A stretch of 50,657 nt of DNA, taken from a virus (lineage: Duplodnaviria > Caudoviricetes). The position numbers and the translations under genes are program-made. The notes beneath the pieces were generated by a model. That model was not told where the DNA came from, made no database searches, and saw only the letters and a program-made list of their open reading frames with translations. The DNA is taken from positions 1 to 50,657 of IMG/VR virus record IMGVR_UViG_3300012917_000005, one strand, 5' to 3'. This document shows positions 47,987-50,657 of the stretch, piece after piece (positions within the stretch are counted from its first letter, which is position 1; every line of letters starts with the position of its first letter).

Positions 47987-48247
47987 ATGAAGAGACCAGA
48001 GTTATTACCTACTACATTTAAAGGTAGTTTATATAAACTAACAGAAGAGTGTGGAGAGGTCTTACAAGCAATAGGTAAGCTACAAAGACATGGTATAGTT
48101 ACTAAAGATCCTAAATATGATAAGATCTATGATAATGGTTTAGATTTAATGAATGAATTAAATGATCTTAAACACTCGATTGCTGAGACAGAGAGACTAT
48201 ACCAGACAGCGGATAGAACAATTGTTAATGGACAGCCTACTGAGTAG
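47987..48247 (+). CDS. MazG-like nucleotide pyrophosphohydrolase
   Basis: EECGEVLQAIGK...ELND motif; AGGAG RBS. Confidence 0.75.
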   Translation: MKRPELLPTTFKGSLYKLTEECGEVLQAIGKLQRHGIVTKDPKYDKIYDNGLDLMNELNDLKHSIAETERLYQTADRTIVNGQPTE

Positions 48248-48357
48248 AGTCTGACCATGACGTGCGAACCAATGCGACCTATCACGATAGTGACCTGCGA
48301 AGCAGGACTACGATAGTCCTATTATAGGACTCTCAACCTATGGTTGTCACAACCTCT

Positions 48358-48391
48358 GTTCATGGTTTGAACTCTTGTTCATGTTTTGTAC
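48358..48391. promoter_or_regulatory. Tandem alphaproteobacterial LexA-box-like sites
   Basis: GTTC-ATGGTTT-GAAC and GTTC-ATGTTTT-GTAC compared with the GTTC-N7-GTTC consensus. Confidence 0.5.
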
Positions 48392-48503
48392 GTTACAGCG
48401 GTAACGCTCAAACAGAGAACAGATGAATGAGTAGGATATAAGTCTTATGTGCGACAGAACAGCACAGTCTGCTAAATCATTGGTAGATAAGGACTATTTG
48501 CAC

Positions 48504-48531
48504 TTGACACAGTAATTGATGGGTCTATGAT
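48504..48531 (+). promoter_or_regulatory. Sigma70-type promoter
   Basis: TTGACA-N16-TATGAT. Confidence 0.6.
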
Positions 48532-48637
48532 GAGGACAATAAGAAAAGGCTATGACTAGATCATAGAGTTGTTTGTCATCGTTAATCGGATCGAAGGCAT
48601 TGCCGCCACCTTGCCCGTTCAGGCAAAGGAGAAAGCA

Positions 48638-48844
48638 ATGAAAGAATACAATGAGGCTATAGGTACTCATAACGTAGTATTGCGTATTGAGTATCTATTT
48701 GTGCGTTGTTACCCCAAACATAAACTAAACCTTACCTATGTCGCGCAGTTATGGGATGAAGCTAGATCGCATGGTGCAAGATACCTCACTCAAGAGTTAG
48801 AGAATTACATCATGCAAGTAGTTAATCCGCATAGGAAAGGATAA
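48638..48844 (+). CDS. Hypothetical protein (start revised to MKEYNE)
   Basis: AAAGGAG RBS before the ATG at 48638. Confidence 0.6.
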   Translation: MKEYNEAIGTHNVVLRIEYLFVRCYPKHKLNLTYVAQLWDEARSHGARYLTQELENYIMQVVNPHRKG

Positions 48845-48848
48845 GGCA

Positions 48849-49055
48849 ATGACAGTCATATTTACTACAATCAAAGAGATAGAGGACAGTGTTCTTAGCT
48901 GTCGCCCTACTGGGAAATCTCTGTCATATGTAGAGGGTAAGTTACCTCCTCACTATCCCGTTCCTGTTATTCGTTATGTCGCAGTGCATCACGTAGATAG
49001 CATTGCTTTATTTCGTTTAACAGGTGAAGGAGCGATCTTCGAATACATGTTCTAA
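48849..49055 (+). CDS. Hypothetical protein
   Basis: AAGGA RBS. Confidence 0.6.
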   Translation: MTVIFTTIKEIEDSVLSCRPTGKSLSYVEGKLPPHYPVPVIRYVAVHHVDSIALFRLTGEGAIFEYMF

Positions 49056-49116
49056 CAACATACGACGGGCAAGATGAAGGCAATGCTTACGATCCAAAAC
49101 AGACGGAGTTACTACT

Positions 49117-50439
49117 ATGTTTACAGTAGAACAGGTTAAGACTGAGTTTCAGGCTAATCGGGGACGTCTACTCAATCTGTCGGATGTTGAGATATCCGAA
49201 CAGCTTGATTTGATGGAACCAGGGTCTGACTTAGATGATGTCTTTGCCGCTCTTATGGATATGGAACCATCAAGCGGCGACACGACAGACGTGATAGGTA
49301 GCATACACATTGCTTCTCTTGCCTCTACACTGGCAAGAGAACTCGACGCAGATGTGGAGTTTGATAAGCATACTCGTGCTGCTCTCGAAGCATACGAGGT
49401 TATCAAGCGTGCTCCAGTCGTCATGTTGTGGGATTTCAAGCGTGTCTTTGGTGATGAGAAGGTATCCCAGTTCCCGATACCGGGATCATTCATCAAAGAC
49501 GGAGTATTGCTCGATGCTGATGAAAGACCCATCAGTCAAGGCAATGTTCAACGTAAGCCTGATAAGTATAAGGTTAGTGTTAAGGTGAACGACGCTGAAA
49601 CTAAAGACCAGCCTCGGTCATTCTATAAAGAACTAGCCTTGGATACTAAGCAGGGTCGGCAGATAGTAGAGATACTAGATCAGCTTACCTTAGCTAACGA
49701 TAAGACTACTCGCACTAATGCGAAAGAACCTTATCGTTCTATGTCTGCTACTAAGAGACTGAGCGAGACCAACAAATGGAAGGTTCGTAAGTCTCGGTTA
49801 CCTAATCTAGCTAAGCAAGCAATGCAATGTTATTTCCAATATGAGACCATATCTAATATGGATAAGGTTCTCGTTGGTTATAACTCGACTACTCATATGG
49901 TCGATAACGTAGAACACGTCGATCTAGATGAGGTTAATACCCCGTATTGGATACAGGATAAGAACAACCCTGCTAACGTGGATACTTATACGGTATCAGA
50001 GTTCTTAAGACTTGATCCATTACAGGCTAATCTCAATGGTGGTACATACGATGCACTGATAGCCACCATTGCTCGTGCTCCTAAGAAACCAACGACTACT
50101 CTGCCTGAGATCAAGACACCCGAGGAGCTTACTACTCACTGGGCAGTCGAGGCAGCATTCATGGATCAGCGCCACTCAGATTGGCGTAAGCGTGAGACAG
50201 CCATCATTGCTGCCTTACGTGCTGATCCTCATGCAATACGATCCTTCGGTAATGTCCAGATGGCTACTGATGGCGTTTGGAAAGTAATACAGCCTCTCTA
50301 TGATGCACTTATTCAAGAGGACATCCGAGCAGAGGCTAACGAGCGTAAGGAGAAGGCTAAGAAGCTAGCAGAGAAGCACAACGAACAAGTCAAGGCTAAC
50401 CAACAGCCTAAGACTAACCTAGCCAATCTAATGAAGTAA
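49117..50439 (+). CDS. Hypothetical 440-aa protein
   Basis: GGAG RBS; long ORF followed by a terminator. Confidence 0.8.
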   Translation: MFTVEQVKTEFQANRGRLLNLSDVEISEQLDLMEPGSDLDDVFAALMDMEPSSGDTTDVIGSIHIASLASTLARELDADVEFDKHTRAALEAYEVIKRAPVVMLWDFKRVFGDEKVSQFPIPGSFIKDGVLLDADERPISQGNVQRKPDKYKVSVKVNDAETKDQPRSFYKELALDTKQGRQIVEILDQLTLANDKTTRTNAKEPYRSMSATKRLSETNKWKVRKSRLPNLAKQAMQCYFQYETISNMDKVLVGYNSTTHMVDNVEHVDLDEVNTPYWIQDKNNPANVDTYTVSEFLRLDPLQANLNGGTYDALIATIARAPKKPTTTLPEIKTPEELTTHWAVEAAFMDQRHSDWRKRETAIIAALRADPHAIRSFGNVQMATDGVWKVIQPLYDALIQEDIRAEANERKEKAKKLAEKHNEQVKANQQPKTNLANLMK

Positions 50440-50487
50440 ATATAAATTGAGGTAGCTAGACGATCCCATTAACTAGCCTAAACTAAT

Positions 50488-50520
50488 AACCCCTAGGTTT
50501 AACCGCCTAGGGGTTTTTTA
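50488..50520 (+). terminator. Intrinsic terminator
   Basis: AACCCCTAGG...CCTAGGGGTT followed by TTTT. Confidence 0.85.
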
Positions 50521-50657
50521 TTGTCTAGCGTAATATCTAATCATATACTACGCGTATTACATAATATTACTTAATCTATGACATTAAGATATTAATAGTA
50601 TACATTATAATTCATAGTATTCTTATACATTATAGTTATTATTAATAGATACTAATG

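Noticed and set aside
1-50657. Stop-codon reassignment
   Set aside because: Core genes are full length in the standard code; TAG, TAA and TGA all end genes; no suppressor tRNA
50640-50657. Proof of a circularly complete genome (joining the ends closes the 206-1 ORF as ...RQHFISIY*)
   Set aside because: Compatible but weak: AT-rich sequence gives a nearby stop by chance, and no terminal repeat was seen

Overview
This window looks like a near-complete, AT-rich lytic podovirus genome. The + strand (336-28954) carries small accessory virion genes, terminase, portal, scaffold, major capsid protein, tail fibre, lysis genes, tail tubular proteins and large internal virion proteins. The - strand (47756 down to 29106) carries early and replication genes: T7-like primase/helicase, family A DNA polymerase, SSB, PD-(D/E)XK nuclease, endonuclease I and UDG. 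A short + strand block follows at 47987-50439. I found no RNA polymerase and no integrase; promoters are sigma70-type. This layout resembles RNAP-less T7-like podoviruses (Zobellviridae or PaP3-like). An alphaproteobacterial host is inferred from LexA-type boxes. The most striking feature is a ~1 kb region without a credible gene (about 32670-33680) that is densely packed with stems and contains a tRNA-elbow mimic, probably a giant structured ncRNA on the - strand. Other notable items are a tRNA-Leu(UAA) inside an array of structured RNA modules, a primase/helicase that must start at a non-canonical codon (probably ATT), a catalytically degenerate glutamine amidotransferase plus GGCT pair, a histidine-phosphatase/HExxH fusion at the end of the virion operon, and an unfamiliar PFxQxDWPxP repeat protein. 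All calls come from reading motifs by eye; no searches or folding computations were run.
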